DNA of 63,975 bases, counting the filler, from Chiloscyllium plagiosum (lineage: Eukaryota), in the NCBI RefSeq assembly GCF_004010195.1. It is 6 parts of 6 records of this genome, joined end to end, with 100 filler letters (N's around TTAATTAATTAA, not from the genome) between each part and the next. Parts side by side here need not be neighbours in the genome. Positions count along the whole stretch, not along the records: positions 27,489 to 52,895 come from NC_057718.1; 5 more parts are not named here. One strand, written 5' to 3'. The first letter of the stretch is position 1. Each line of letters opens with the position of its first letter. The notes under the pieces are model-generated. The model did not search any database. It saw only the letters and a list, made by a program, of their open reading frames with translations, and was not told the DNA's origin. Positions 38,746 to 51,339 of the stretch are shown here, piece after piece. The position numbers and the translations under genes were made by a program.

Positions 38746-41700
38746 TGATCTCTGATGACCCATTTATTTTTCAAATATGGTAGCATCTTCTGGGAAGGTC
38801 TCTCATTCTCTGCCTCACTGCTTTCCTCAGAATGATCGCCTTTCCCTGTGCCTGATTCCTCACAATCCTCCCACTGCCATGTACACATTGCCCCTGCGTA
38901 TTCACTGGGACTGGGGATCTCCTAATTACTCACTGACTCTGTGTCACCCTGTGCCCAGGTGCTGCTCAGAGAACTAGAACTCAGCTTCTTACACCCACAT
39001 GTCTTGTACCAGCTCCCAAAGCTCCTGTCTCACCCAATCCTACCATCCCCACTCACCCAGGATATATTGGCTTTCATCTCAGAATGATGGACAGAACAGA
39101 GGATCTCCCAGTTCACCTGCTCTTGGGCCTGGATAAGGTGCAGGAAGTGGCCAGTAGAGGTTATCCAAGCTGTGCCTACTGTGTGGTTGTGGCCATCCCT
39201 TGTTGTTCCAAGGGATGGCCCGAGAGGGACCGTATTGTAGAAGAGGAGAGTGTGAAATGGACTGGTAAGCTAGAAGAGATACCGACATGTAGAATGCATG
39301 TCCATTGCTCTGCTTGTGAGTTGCTATATCCGGAGAGTACTATAGAGGTTGGACAATGTCATCAGCTCCAGCAATGAGATCTGACTGTCACTCCAAGAAG
39401 TATCATTATGTTCTCAGTTGATGTTGGTATTGGACAAGTCCAATCCCAGACTGAAACCTGCTTTGGGTTTTATTTTGCATAAAATGTGCTGGTCTATCAC
39501 TGAGAAACAAACACTCAATGCTGCACATCTGGTTTCAACAATCAAATGGACATTCTCAGTTTCAAATAAACCATCTAAGAGTTGAAAGAATCAGTTCGGG
39601 TTTGGAATTATTAAAATTAAACTGCTTATACTGAGATCCCCTATACATTAATCGTCTGAAATGATCACCTTTCACAGGGGAAACTGGTTTATACATCTAT
39701 CTCCCACCAGGACCTTGTGTATTGAAACAATAAGGCTTTTCAACCAATATATCTTTCTTCCAAACAAGAAAAACAATCTAATTCCATTGACTGGAATGAT
39801 TTCAACATTTACGTTGTCAGCTCATAAAATCTCTTTGAATGGAAATACATTCACATTCGCACTCCAAGAACGGTTAAATTAAGATATCTAGTCTGGATGG
39901 ACCAAAGGGTCTGTTTCCACGGTGAATGACTCAATGACTCTAGGACTCTCGAATTCCAGAAGTATTCCCATTTTAAACTTTAAATCCCCTCACACACACA
40001 CAGACCAAAACTGACATACCACTCATTCAAAATCTAAATTCCAAAATAAATCATATTAAAATCATACAGAAACCATAGACTCAGACCACCGTGTTTAGAC
40101 TCTAATGGGGGAAGTGCTATAGTAATCAAGCCCCAATTAATGACAAGTCATACAAAATGCGTTACTGAATCAACAATACAGCCAACTTGTCGCTGTTCTG
40201 TTGTTTGATTTAAAGTTTTAAAAAAACTACAGCTTCATTAAAGACCTGACAAATAACTTATTTATTATCAGCAAGACTGATTCTTTAAAAAGGTAGAAAT
40301 TGTGGTTAGCAACTACATTTCTACTTGAGATTAAGCCTTTAATCTCAACCATACATTCATTCACAGACAAGGCAACACAGTCAGCAGAAATGGTTGAGGA
40401 TGTTGTTAAAAAAATGCCTGAAAGAAAGACCATCCCAGTGGGGCAAGGAAATCCCATCAGAAGGTGGAATGTGTTAAATTCTCAGAGTTCTTGCAATTTC
40501 TTGTCAATGAGGCTGATTCCAGAAAGTGAAATATTGATGGGAGATCTTCTGACCATAATTCAGATTCCAATGGGTAATTGTTACGAAACCTGACATTGGA
40601 AACATTATCTTTGCAAATAAGAGATTTTATCAGCTTGTTCCTTGTCTTTTACTGATTGAGAGGGAGAAATTGTGCAGCTGTTCCTGCTGGAAGAATTCTC
40701 TTTTTATCAAAAGAGAGGGATCTTTTCTCGCTGCTTTTCATCACCTTGACAATTTTGCTTTTCCTTCAATATCCAAACAGCTCCATATTCCAGCTTCTCA
40801 TAGCTCAAGAACTTAACTGTCATCTTAATATGGGTTTCTGTGCAGTGTTTTCTTTTTGCAACAGAACTTGAAAGAGTGGTTCTGATGTTAACTTTCATAT
40901 TTCATGACTTTTTTTTCAAAAAAAAAGACCTCCTGCACACCCGTTAGAATTGCACTTTTAAATAAAAATGTCTCCACTGCTCTTATTTTTCCATCCAATC
41001 TGAGTATCCTCACATCTCTCTGCATTACATCTGATCTGCTATTGGCTGCTCACTCCCCCACAATGGGACAAGTGGAAGACAAAGCCCCAGGACCTACCTG
41101 AGCCAGGATGGGGTCTGAAGCCAGGCTCTCAGCATCATCAGCATCATTCAACACAAAGCTACAGCTAATTGTGTTGGGAACGCCCAGAATATTTTGATTA
41201 CACTTCCCTAGTCAGGTGCCATGGATCAATGGAGTGTGATGTAGAATAATAACAACATCTCAGCTGCAATCCCAGTCTCAGCTGTGGGAGCTCATGAAGA
41301 GCAAACCCCACCCCTTGCCCCATCCTCAATGTGGAGTGGTTCCCTTTAATCTGGACCAAGCCAATTGTTTCTGGAATGGAGAGAGATGTGTGTGCCCCTT
41401 TGTGATCCATGGTTCATTCCCAATCCCTGGGAGATTCCCCTGCAGATGTGACACCTCACAGAGCAATCACCCTGACTCTGCACATCCAGCCCAATGGCAC
41501 TGACACTCTTGTGATTTGAATGAAATTAATATCACTCAATCTCCAGGATAAAGCTCAATTTTTCCCGCAAAATCCTTCTCCTACTGTCGTAAAAGTAAAT
41601 CCCTTTCGCCCTACTGCCCACCAAAATTGAACCTGAGCACAACTTCCTCCCCACAGTGAATCCATCCCCAAGATCACTCTCCATCACCATCTCAATCTTC

Positions 41701-41780
41701 TTGAACACAAACTGATCTCCAGGTCATTCACTGGGCATGAGGTTATTACTGGAGATCACTGTCGTGTAAACTCCACTTAC

Positions 41781-42125
41781 TGTTTACAGTGAGCAGGCTT
41801 CCTTCACCAAGGACACTTCCCCAGACTGAGCAGTAATACACCCCAGTGTCACTGGGCTGTACGATTGTGATGGTCTGAATGAAGCTGTTACTGAAGGGGT
41901 CCCTGGAAGGGTGGAATCACTGAGTGAATCCTTGGCCCCATTATGTTTGATTAAAAACAAAATGCTCCAAAATCCATTCCCTCTGACACCCTCGTTGCTT
42001 GCGGTATCAGTAAATATCGGTGTGTGTCACAGTGGCATTCATCACAGTGCACTGTAACTGGGCAGTGTGACCCTCAGTGACACATTGCAGGATAGGAGAC
42101 TGGAAAAAGATTGGGGCAGATGTAC
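41781..42125 (-). pseudogene. Germline-joined VJ exon, copy B (V2-type), three stops
   Basis: tttttaattttgaag| ... A|GTAAGT, 345 nt, phase 1-1. TSAPIFFQSPILQCVTEGHTAQLQCTV...DIY*YRKQRG...DTGVYYCSVWGSVLGEGSLLTVN; stops at 42007-42009, 41941-41943 and 41917-41919. Confidence 0.9.
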
Positions 42126-44289
42126 CTTCAAAATTAAAAATACCAATAAACAAACAGCAGTCTGATTGTTCTCAACTCCCAACAGGATTTCAAGTAACTG
42201 TACCAGCAGTCTGAGTCCTATATTAAAGAGAGGGAACAGGTTGTCAGACTGAACCAGTTGTGATGGTTTGTTCCTGATTGATATCCTGACTATCAGTCAC
42301 TGGGTGCTGAGAACAGCAATACAGATGTTGCCATACAGTGGCATGTTGAGCTCACACTGTCAAACTGCTGTCTGACATAAACTAACTTGCCACACACTGC
42401 AATCCTCTTCCTTGGACTATTCCTGACAATTCATAGCAGATGTGAGGAATGGAACTGGGAAGGGTCTGCTGCTTTAGAAAAAGCAGCCAGGTAGCATTTA
42501 AAGGGGCAGGATTTCCCCAAAGACCAACAGAGATACAGCCTCTCCAGCCTCAGCAAACCAAGGCCTCTCCACAGGTAATGGTCCCGTGGGTCAGACTGGG
42601 GGGAAATGGTGAGTCTCTCCCTCCATTCCCTGGAGACAGTATCTTTAACATGTAGGATTGAGCAAAAGATCCCGTCATCTAAAAGACTGGACAAAACTCT
42701 GGACTTTTCAAAACTTTTAATAAGTAATTGGAAGGTGGAATGAGCCCTGTGACGAATACACAAACCCAACCCACAGATCTGAGATGGCTGTCTGGAACCT
42801 TTTTTCAGCCTGGATTTCCAATTTTGCACATCATCTCTGAGAGAGCAATCAACTGAAACAGACTCTGGTCTGGGGCTGTTTTTAGACTTGGGCTGCCCAG
42901 AACAGACAGCATGGAGTCTGCAGAGATACGAGATATTCAACTCCAGTCAGAATCCATTCACACACACTCTGAACAATTGGGAAAACAACTGGCTTGAAAA
43001 GGAACACCAGAAAACACAGATTTGGCGTGAAGATAAGAGACTCACAATTAGTATAATTGCAAGTCTGGACCTCACCTAATACAGCCATCCCTGAGAGTGA
43101 TCCCCAGGACAGATCACAGGAGATATCCCTGGAAATGTTCCAAAGAGCTATCTCTAGAAGAAGAATTCCAACAGCTCATTCCAAGAGCCACTGACACAGG
43201 CCTATTCCAAACCAGGGGAACCAACAGTGACCAATCACAAACAGCAAACGCAAAAACTGACAAACCCAAAAAACCAGTGACCTGACTGACACCACAAGGC
43301 CTCAGATACATCCTGAGGTAAAACCCAGGCCTGGAAAACCAGCAGAAAGGAAAGAAATCCAAACCCCAATAGATCCATTACCCACTGTACCGCATCAGCA
43401 GATTCAACTCAAACTGAGAGGCCTTTGCAGTCTACAGTCTTCACCCAGGCTCCGGGCACGGCAAGCAGGAACAGCCAGCTGTACATCAAACAGTATTTTC
43501 CTCAGCGGTGAGCTGAAACTCCCGAGACCCTCATCAAATAAAAATAATGATAGCTGGATCCATCAAGTCTGATCTAACAATTGAAAATTGGTACTACAAG
43601 AAAGAAACTGACCTGGGTATTGGTGTAGGAGAAAGAAAGGTAGTAGGGTCAGGGATTCAGATCATGCTGCGACAGTGAGATTAATGAGAATGGAACCATG
43701 GGAGAATTCAGTGAACGTGAAAGGCTTGTTTTGAAGATGATGAAGCATTTAGGATGAGCAAGGCAGATCCCTAACATATCTCACAAAGACAGTTAAGGTG
43801 GAGAAATAGTCCTTTAGAAATCTTCAGAGAAACTGGAGGAATAAAACGTCTGTGGCTGAAAGAGCAGCAAGTTCTAGAGAACAGCCAGAAAGATATTATC
43901 ACCATAACGGAACAAGGCTGCAACCACAGAAAGGAGCATGTTTCCACTGTAATGACAAGAGACATACCAAAGAACAGAGAACAACACAGCACAGGAACAG
44001 GCCCTTTGACCCTCCAACCTGCACCAACACATTTAGTATAATTGTACATTCAATAGTACATTCAACCTTCCATACTAAAACTGTCTTCATTTTCAGGATC
44101 TGTATCCCTCTATTCCCTTCCTATTCATGTATTCACCCGGGTGCTTCTTGAATGCTGCTATTGTGTCAATTGCTAGAAGGTAAACCGGATGCTGATTGCA
44201 GTCGTAGCAATATCAAAGGAATCTTCAGAGAAGGGAGCATTGCAAAATTAATCACTGTTAATGATAGGGCAGTAAGAGAGAGCATGATC

Positions 44290-45900
44290 GTTTGACAATA
44301 CAATTGAGGGAGAGGGATCTCAGGACATTCGTAAGAATTTGTCTTTGGATATTATCAAGGAGATTGAGAACAATGGAGGGTCTGAGTGTTGTATCTCAAA
44401 GGGGTTTTTTTCTGTTTCAAAGCAAGGAGATAAACAAACAATATCTTGAGAGGCTGTTGGGTATGTCAGTCACTGATGCTACCTAATGGTCCTGTTTGAC
44501 TTCCAGAGGAGTTAATGAAGGAGAAAGTTGTAAATGGAGGCATTCATAGAGATTACAACCCAGTATAATCACACAGAAATGGATTCTCAAGTGACTTGGT
44601 CAATGGAGATGTTGTCGTAAGAGGGATGTAATACATTCCTATTGGGAGAATTGATAATACTTTGGGGAATAATTAGACAGGTTATAGAATATTAACCTCA
44701 CAAAGGATACTGGAAAAAAACAGTAAAAATGAAAAACGCTGAAATGCTACAAGTCACAACACATACTGTGTTTTTGAAAACTGCAACTGAAAGTAGGAAG
44801 TTAAAGAGAATTCAGCTGATAGTTTTTAGAAAATATTCTTTTGCACAAATACAACAGAAAGGTGGCAAATGGAGTTCAATGTAGCTAAGTGTGATGTGAT
44901 TCACTTTGGTAAGAGTAAATAAGACTTTGGTGCGGCCACATCTGTAGTATTGTGTGCAGTTTTGGTCGCCATACTATAGGAAGGATGTGGAGGCACTGGA
45001 ATGGGTGCAGAGGAGGTTTACCAGGATGTTGCCTGGTATGGTAGAAAGATCGTATGAGGAAAGGCTGAGGCACTTGGTGTTGTTTTCATTGGAGAAAAGA
45101 AGGTTTAGGGGTGACTTGGTAGAGGTGTATAAGATGATAAGGGGTTTAGATAGGGTCGACAGTGAGAATCTTTTTCCACGTATGGAGTCAGCTATTACAA
45201 GGGGGCATAGCTTTAAATTAAGGGGGGGTAGGTATAGGACAGATGTTAGGGGTAGGCTCTTTACTCAGCGAGTCGTGAGTTCATGGAATGCCCTGCCAGT
45301 AGCAGTGGTGGACTCTCCCTCATTATGGGCATTTAAGTGGGCATTGGATAGGCACATGGAGGATAGTGGGCTAGTGTAGGTTAGGTGGGCTTGGATCGGT
45401 GCAACATCGTGGGCCGAAGGGCCTGTACTGCGCTGTATTCTTCTATGTTCTATGTTCTAATTGGATCTGAACTGAGAGAGCTTTATCCAACAGCCTCAGC
45501 AGAAAGGGAATCAGAAACAATCCTTGAATGTTCTTACCTGAAAGACAAAGTATTAATGAGGAATTAGATTCTGTCCCAAATACCAGGTGCTGAGGAATGG
45601 ACCATGGTGCATCAGGTAGTCACTCCATCTGAGAACCTGAATGAGATCTCACACATTAGCTTATGAAATTCCAATGGCAGAGCATTAATGGATGAGGAAC
45701 ACACAGTCCATTATTTCAAGCATTTATATTGGTCAGGATTATATAAAGATGTTAACTTTTACCAGACAAGCTGGTCCATGCCAGGACTTGGGAAATCCCC
45801 AACCCTCAATTAAAGCTTCACCTATAATCCTGATTGCAGCTTTTGAAGAACCGTTTAGCAGAGTCTTGATAGATTGTGCAGGAGCCCGACTACAACCCAG
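44290..45900 (+). mobile_element. Gypsy (Gmr1-like) retrotransposon remnant: protease followed by integrase, interrupted by a LINE
   Basis: Protease-like remnants at about 44400-44700, then ELRELY...LMR...HQVV...HLYWSGLYKDV...CQDLG...AFEEPFSRVLIDCAG (integrase zinc finger and core start) at 45465-45900. Confidence 0.7.
44855..45460 (+). mobile_element. Young CR1/HER1-type LINE 3' fragment inserted in the Gypsy remnant
   Basis: QFWSPYYRKDVEALEWVQRRFTRM...EDSGLV* and TTCTATG tail. Confidence 0.92.
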
Positions 45901-45970
45901 GAATGTCAACCAGTGGGTCACTGCAACGGTTCAAGAAGGCAGCTCAGCACCAGCTTCTCAAGGGCAATTA

Positions 45971-46816
45971 ATAGGCAATAGACAATAGGTGCAGGAGTAG
46001 GCCATTCTGCCCTTCGAGCCTGCACCACCATTCAATATGATCATGGCTGATCATCCTTAATCAGTATCCTGTTCCTGCCTTATCTCCATAACCCTTGATT
46101 CCACAATCCTTGAGAGCTCTATCCAACTCTTTCTTAAATGAATCCAGAGACTGGGCCTCCACTGCCCTCTGGGGAAGAGCATTCCACACAACCACCACTC
46201 TCTGGGTGAAGAAGTTTCTCCTCATCTCTGTCCTAAATGATCTACCCCATATTTTTAAGCTGTGTCCTCTTGTTTGGCACTCACCCATCAGCGGAAACAT
46301 GTTCATTGCCTCCAGAGTGTCCAATCCTTTAATAATCTTATATATCTCAATCAGATCCCCTCTCAGTCTTCTACATTCAAGGGTATACAAGCCCAGTCGC
46401 TCCAGTCTTTCAGTGTAAGGTAATCCCGCCATTCCAAGAATTGACCTTGTGAACCAAGCTGCACTCCCTCAATAGCCAGAATGTCTTTCCTCAAATTTAG
46501 AGACCAGAACTGCACACAGTACTCCAGGTGTGGTCTCACCAGGGCTCTGTACAGCTGCAGAAGAACCTCTTTGCTTCTATACTCAATCCCTTTTGTTATG
46601 AAGGCCAGCATGCTATTAGCCTTCATCACTACCTGCTGTACCTGCATGCTTACCTTCATTGACTGGTGTATGAGAACACCCAGATCTCTCTGTACTTCCC
46701 CTTTACCTAAATTGATTCCATTTAGGTAGTAATCTGCCTTCCTGTTCTTGCCACCAAAGTGGATAACCATACATTTATCCACATTCAAAGTGGATAACCA
46801 TACATTTATCCACATC
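45971..46816 (-). mobile_element. CR1-type LINE 3' fragment (second subfamily)
   Basis: LVRPHLEYCVQFWS, RRLRGDLIE, QTRGHSLK; CTATTGT repeat tail; 31-bp duplication at the 5' truncation (46755-46815). Confidence 0.9.
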
Positions 46817-47039
46817 CAAAGGATGGGCAATAAATGCTGGCCCAGCCAGTGACACCCACATCTCACAAAACAATTAAATAAATTACTGCATCTGAGCTCA
46901 GCTTCCTCCTCACAGTGAATCCATCCCCAAGATCACTCTCCAACACCTCCTCAATCTTCTTGATCACAAACTGATCTCCAATTCATTCATTGGGCAGGAG
47001 GTTATTGCAGGAAGATATTGCCATGTAAATGCTACTCAC

Positions 47040-47384
47040 TGTTTACAATGCACTGGTTTCCTATCCCTGAGATGTTACCCCGCTCTGTGGAGTAATAGAC
47101 CGCAGTGTCACTGGGCTGAACGTTTGTGACGGTTAGAATGAAGTTGATACTGGAGGAATCTCTGGAATGCTGGAATCGTTCAGTGAATCCTGCATTCCAT
47201 TGTGTAGAGCTGTTTTTACCAAGTGTTAAAATTCGCACAGTGTGACACCCTGGCTTTTGTCGGTGCCATTTAACGGTGGTGTGTGTCACTGCGACGTTCC
47301 TCATGGTGCATTGTAAACGAGCAGTGTGACCCTCGGTGACATGTTTGAGGCTTGGAGACTGGAGAAGGACGACTGAATTGGCAC
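47040..47384 (-). CDS. Germline-joined VJ exon, copy A (V1-type), open frame but YYC changed to YYS
   Basis: tttttgatcttttcccctcaag| ... A|GTGAGT, 345 nt, phase 1-1. (G)ANSVVLLQSPSLKHVTEGHTARLQCTMRN...VKWHRQKPGC...RFQHSRDSSSINFILTVTNVQPSDTAVYYSTERGNISGIGNQCIVN; no RSS. Confidence 0.85.
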
Positions 47385-48789
47385 CTTGAGGGGAAAAGAT
47401 CAAAAATTTTAGACTCAATTCTCTGGGTTACAGAGATTGAATCATTAGAATTGTAGCAGATAAAACAAAAGATATTTAATTGATGAAATAAATTTAACAA
47501 CTATTTGTGTAAATAATTAAAGATCCTGAGACAGTAGGAAATAGGAACAGGAGGAGGCTGCTCGGCCCCACAAGCCTGCTATGCCATCCAATAGGATCCT
47601 GATAGATCGACATTCCTCACGACCACTTCCCTGTGATTTCCCTGTAATGCTTGATTTCCCAACTAACCAAGAATCTCTCTGTCTCAGACTTCAATCTTCA
47701 CAAGGATACAGCCCATCCACAGCTCTCCGTAAGTTCCAAATATTCACAAGGCACTGACAGAAGAAATTCCTCAACACCTCAGTTTTAAATTGGTGCTTTG
47801 TAATTCTGAGACTGTGTCCTTTGGACTTAGACTGTCCCATGAGGGAAATCATCCTGTCAAGCCCCTTAAGAATCTTATATCTTTCAATGAGATCACCTCT
47901 CATTCTTCTAAACCCCAGTGAGGAGCGACCCAACTTATATTTTTATTCACTTGTGGAATGTGGGTGTCACTGGAAGGACATTTATTGCCGATCATGTGTT
48001 GCCCTTTAGAAGGTGGTGGTGATGTGCCGCCTTGAACCGCTGCAGTCCATGTGCTGTAGGGAGACCCATAATTCCCTTAGGAAGGGAATTCCAGGATTGT
48101 GTACCCATCTGGGCAAGTGGGGAGCATTCCACCACACACCTGGCCCACCATTTGGTGGGGCAAGCCTGTTGGGGTGGGGTCCCCAAGGCAAGTCCCAGGC
48201 AGCCCCAAAATTTAGTCCCAGGCATTAACGGTGGAGGTGGGCCTCAGGTTGCAGCAGTGGTGGAGATTGTGGGGAGGGGCCCAAGGTGAGTCCCAGGTAG
48301 CGGTGGTGGCGGCAGGCAGGCCTCAGGCAAGTCCTAGGCAGGCCCTTGGTTGCAGCGGTGGGGGCAGACCTGATTGTGTACCCATCTGGGCAGCCCCAAA
48401 ATTTAATCCCAGGCAGCAGCAGTGGAGGTGGACCTCTAACAGCAGCGGCAGTGGTGGAGGTCCCGGGAAGGGCCCAAGGCGAGTCCCAGGCAGCAGCAGT
48501 GAGGCAGGCCCCAAGCAGTAACATTTTTTCCTCTTTAACCCCCACACTACCATTTTTTTCTTTCTTCTCTTATTTTATCCCCAGCACCCATGGGTGTTTT
48601 GTTTTTTAGGCAAGTCCGGGCGGGGTCCCAGAGACCAGCAGTGGGAATGGGCCCCAGGTCAGCAGCAACCTGGGTGAGGCCCAGGCTGCAGCTCCAAAAG
48701 TAGGCCCCAGATTCAAAAGCTCTCACCTCCTTCTGCTTCTGCCTCCTCTTCTCTTCTCTCTTCGGGGCAGCTGGTTCAGGGATGATCCC

Positions 48790-49501
48790 CTTCAAGGAGG
48801 AGAGTCGTTGCACGTGCGTGCACACTCATACTGATCCAACTCTCAAAAGGGAAAACACCCAAGTCGCCAAATCTCCTGTTTCTTTTTTTTTTCTTTATCC
48901 CCATATCTTTGTTAACCCCCACACTACCACCTAAGTGCGGTAGTGCTTATTTTATCCCCAGCACCCATGGTGTGTGTGTGCAGGTGTGAGACACAGTGAG
49001 AGACACAAGGTGTACAAATCTTTATTCAATTTCCACCACCAGGAAGATAGGAAAACTCCCGGGTGGCCAGTGACCAGCAGTGCCCTTCACATCAAAGGAC
49101 AATGCTAATCTCCTGTTTATTTTAATTTTATTGAACAAATTACAAAACAAACAGTTTACAAAAAACTGTTAACATTTACAGCTGTATACAACAGCAATTT
49201 TACAAGGGAGAGGAGCAGCAAAGCTCGGCCCCAAACCCTACTGTTCAACCAGTTTACAGGGAGATGAGGACAAACCTCAAATCCCAGTTTCAAATCTCCT
49301 GTTTATTTTTTTTCCCCCAACACCCATGGTGTGTGTGTGTGCAGGTGTGAGACACAGTGAAAGACACAAAGTGCACTAATCTTTATTCAATTGAAATCTC
49401 CTGTTTATATCTGTCAGCCAGGGTTTCCTGGTTGGACCAGATTAGCAGCCCCAATCAGAGAACTCATATTTCATGAGGTCTACCTGGCTGACCTCGTTAC
49501 A
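48790..49501 (-). mobile_element. LTR fragment carrying three nested polyA-tailed insertions at its TATA box
   Basis: Minus strand starts TGTAACGAGG at 49501, with CCAAT-like boxes and GATATAAACAGGAGATT; the target aatctcctgttt occurs four times. The left boundary is approximate. Confidence 0.7.
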
Positions 49502-49596
49502 ATCCCCACACACAGCCCCACCATTAAGTGTATAGGTCCTGCCCTGATTTGCCTGACCAATATACAACACCTTGTGTTTGTCTAAATTGAACTCCA

Positions 49597-49815
49597 CTGG
49601 CCACCCGGGTGTTTTCCTATCTTCCTGGTGGTGGAAATTGAATAAAGATTCGTGCACTTTGTGTCTTTCACTGTGTCTCACCCCTGCACACACACACCAT
49701 GGGTGCTGGGGGAAAAAATAAGCACTACCGCACTTAGGTGGTAGTGTGGGGGTTTAAAAAAGGGGAAAAAAAGAAAAAAGAAAAAAAGAAAAAAAAGAGG
49801 AATGTTTGAAAAAAA
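49597..49815 (+). mobile_element. 5'-truncated polyA retroposon inserted in a CR1 fragment
   Basis: Same family as 48882-49106 in opposite orientation; A-rich tail; TSD aaattgaactcca on both sides. Confidence 0.75.
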
Positions 49816-51339
49816 AATTGAACTCCATCTGCAAATCCTTGGCCCATTGGCCCATCCAATCAAGGTCCCATTGGACTCAAAGATAACCATCTTCACTGTC
49901 CAATGTAACATCTATTTTGGTGTTATCTGCAAACTTACTAACCATACCTCCAACACTCACATCCGAATCATTTATATAAATGATGAAAAGCAGTGGATCC
50001 AGCATCAATCCTTGTGGTACATTGCTGGTTACAGGCCTCCAGTCTGTAAAGCACCCCTCCACCACCTCCCTCTGTCCCCTCCCTTCCAACCAAGTTTGTA
50101 TCCAATTTTCAAGCTCCACCAGATCCCATGTGATCTAACTTTACTAACCAATCTACCAAGTGGATTCTTCCTTCAGTATGAGCTGGCTGTGAATTTATTC
50201 CATTCAAGGTCTGCTTTCTGATCCTTAATGAGGGACATCATCACTAATCCTCCCTCTGAATTATCTTCACCTTCCAGGAGAGTCCCAGCTACCCTTTCAT
50301 TTGCTTGTACTATCACATTGGCCCTTCCTGACAGATTTTATCTACTCATTGTTCTGGTTCCCATACATGATGGATACTCCCAGAAACCTGTTCCTGGAAG
50401 TGTTCTGTTTCTTGAACATAAGAACCAGGAGCAGGAGTAGGCCATCTGGCCCTGAGAGCCTGCTGCGCCATTCAATAAGATCATGGCTGTCTTTTCATTT
50501 CCTCAGCTCCACTTACCCGTCCTCTCACCATAACCCATATTTCCTTTACTGACCAAAACGTTATCCATCTTAGCTTTAAAAACATTCAATGAGGAAGTCT
50601 CAACTCCTACACTGGGCAGGGAATTCCATAGATTGCCAACCCTCTGAGTGAAGAAGTCCCTTGTCAATTCAGTCCAAACTCTGCTCCCCCTTATGTTGAG
50701 GCTATGCCCCCTTGTCCTAGTTTCAACCACTGATGGAAACATCCTCTCTACTTCTATTCCATTTTCTTCATAATTTTATGTTTCTGTAAGATTCCCCCCT
50801 CATTCTTCTAAATTGCAATGAATATAATCTCAGTCTACTCAGTCTCTCCTCATACTCTAATCCCCTCAATTTCAGAATCAATCTAGTGACCCTCCTCTTG
50901 TCCCAGTACATCCTTTAACCCTCCTTTGGACATTTTACATTTGTGGATGAAGCTGCGAGCTTTCGTCTAGCCAAGCCATTTCTGTGTGTGCGTGCGTGCG
51001 CGCGCAGGAGTTGGGAAGGGGTGGGTGAAAGGGGTGATGGGAAATTGTTTGTGGGAATTGTTAGACGATATTGAAGGGAAATGTGGGATTGATCCAGGGG
51101 ATTTACAGAGACATAAATAACATCATGGAGAGTTGGGCAGTGAGGGGGAGAATGGAGCGTGAGGTGACACCAATGAAAAGGACCATGTTCCAGGGATAAA
51201 TGTTAGGAACAGAAATGTTGAGGGACAGGCTAATGAAGATGATTATTTATGATAAATATTCTGCCAACCCTTTCCAGATTTGGTGAAAAGGAATATGCTA
51301 ATATTCCAGGGTATAAGATGGGTGGCAGGATTGGGTCCC

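Noticed and set aside
46911-46949. CACAGTG heptamer near the VJ exons (also at about 41652 and 32968) as a relic RSS
   Set aside because: No convincing nonamer at 12 or 23 nt, it is about 120 nt from the exon, and no J segment adjoins it.
47990-48830. Cluster of GC-rich overlapping ORFs
   Set aside because: Internally repetitive, repeat-associated sequence with no recognisable domain or splice structure.
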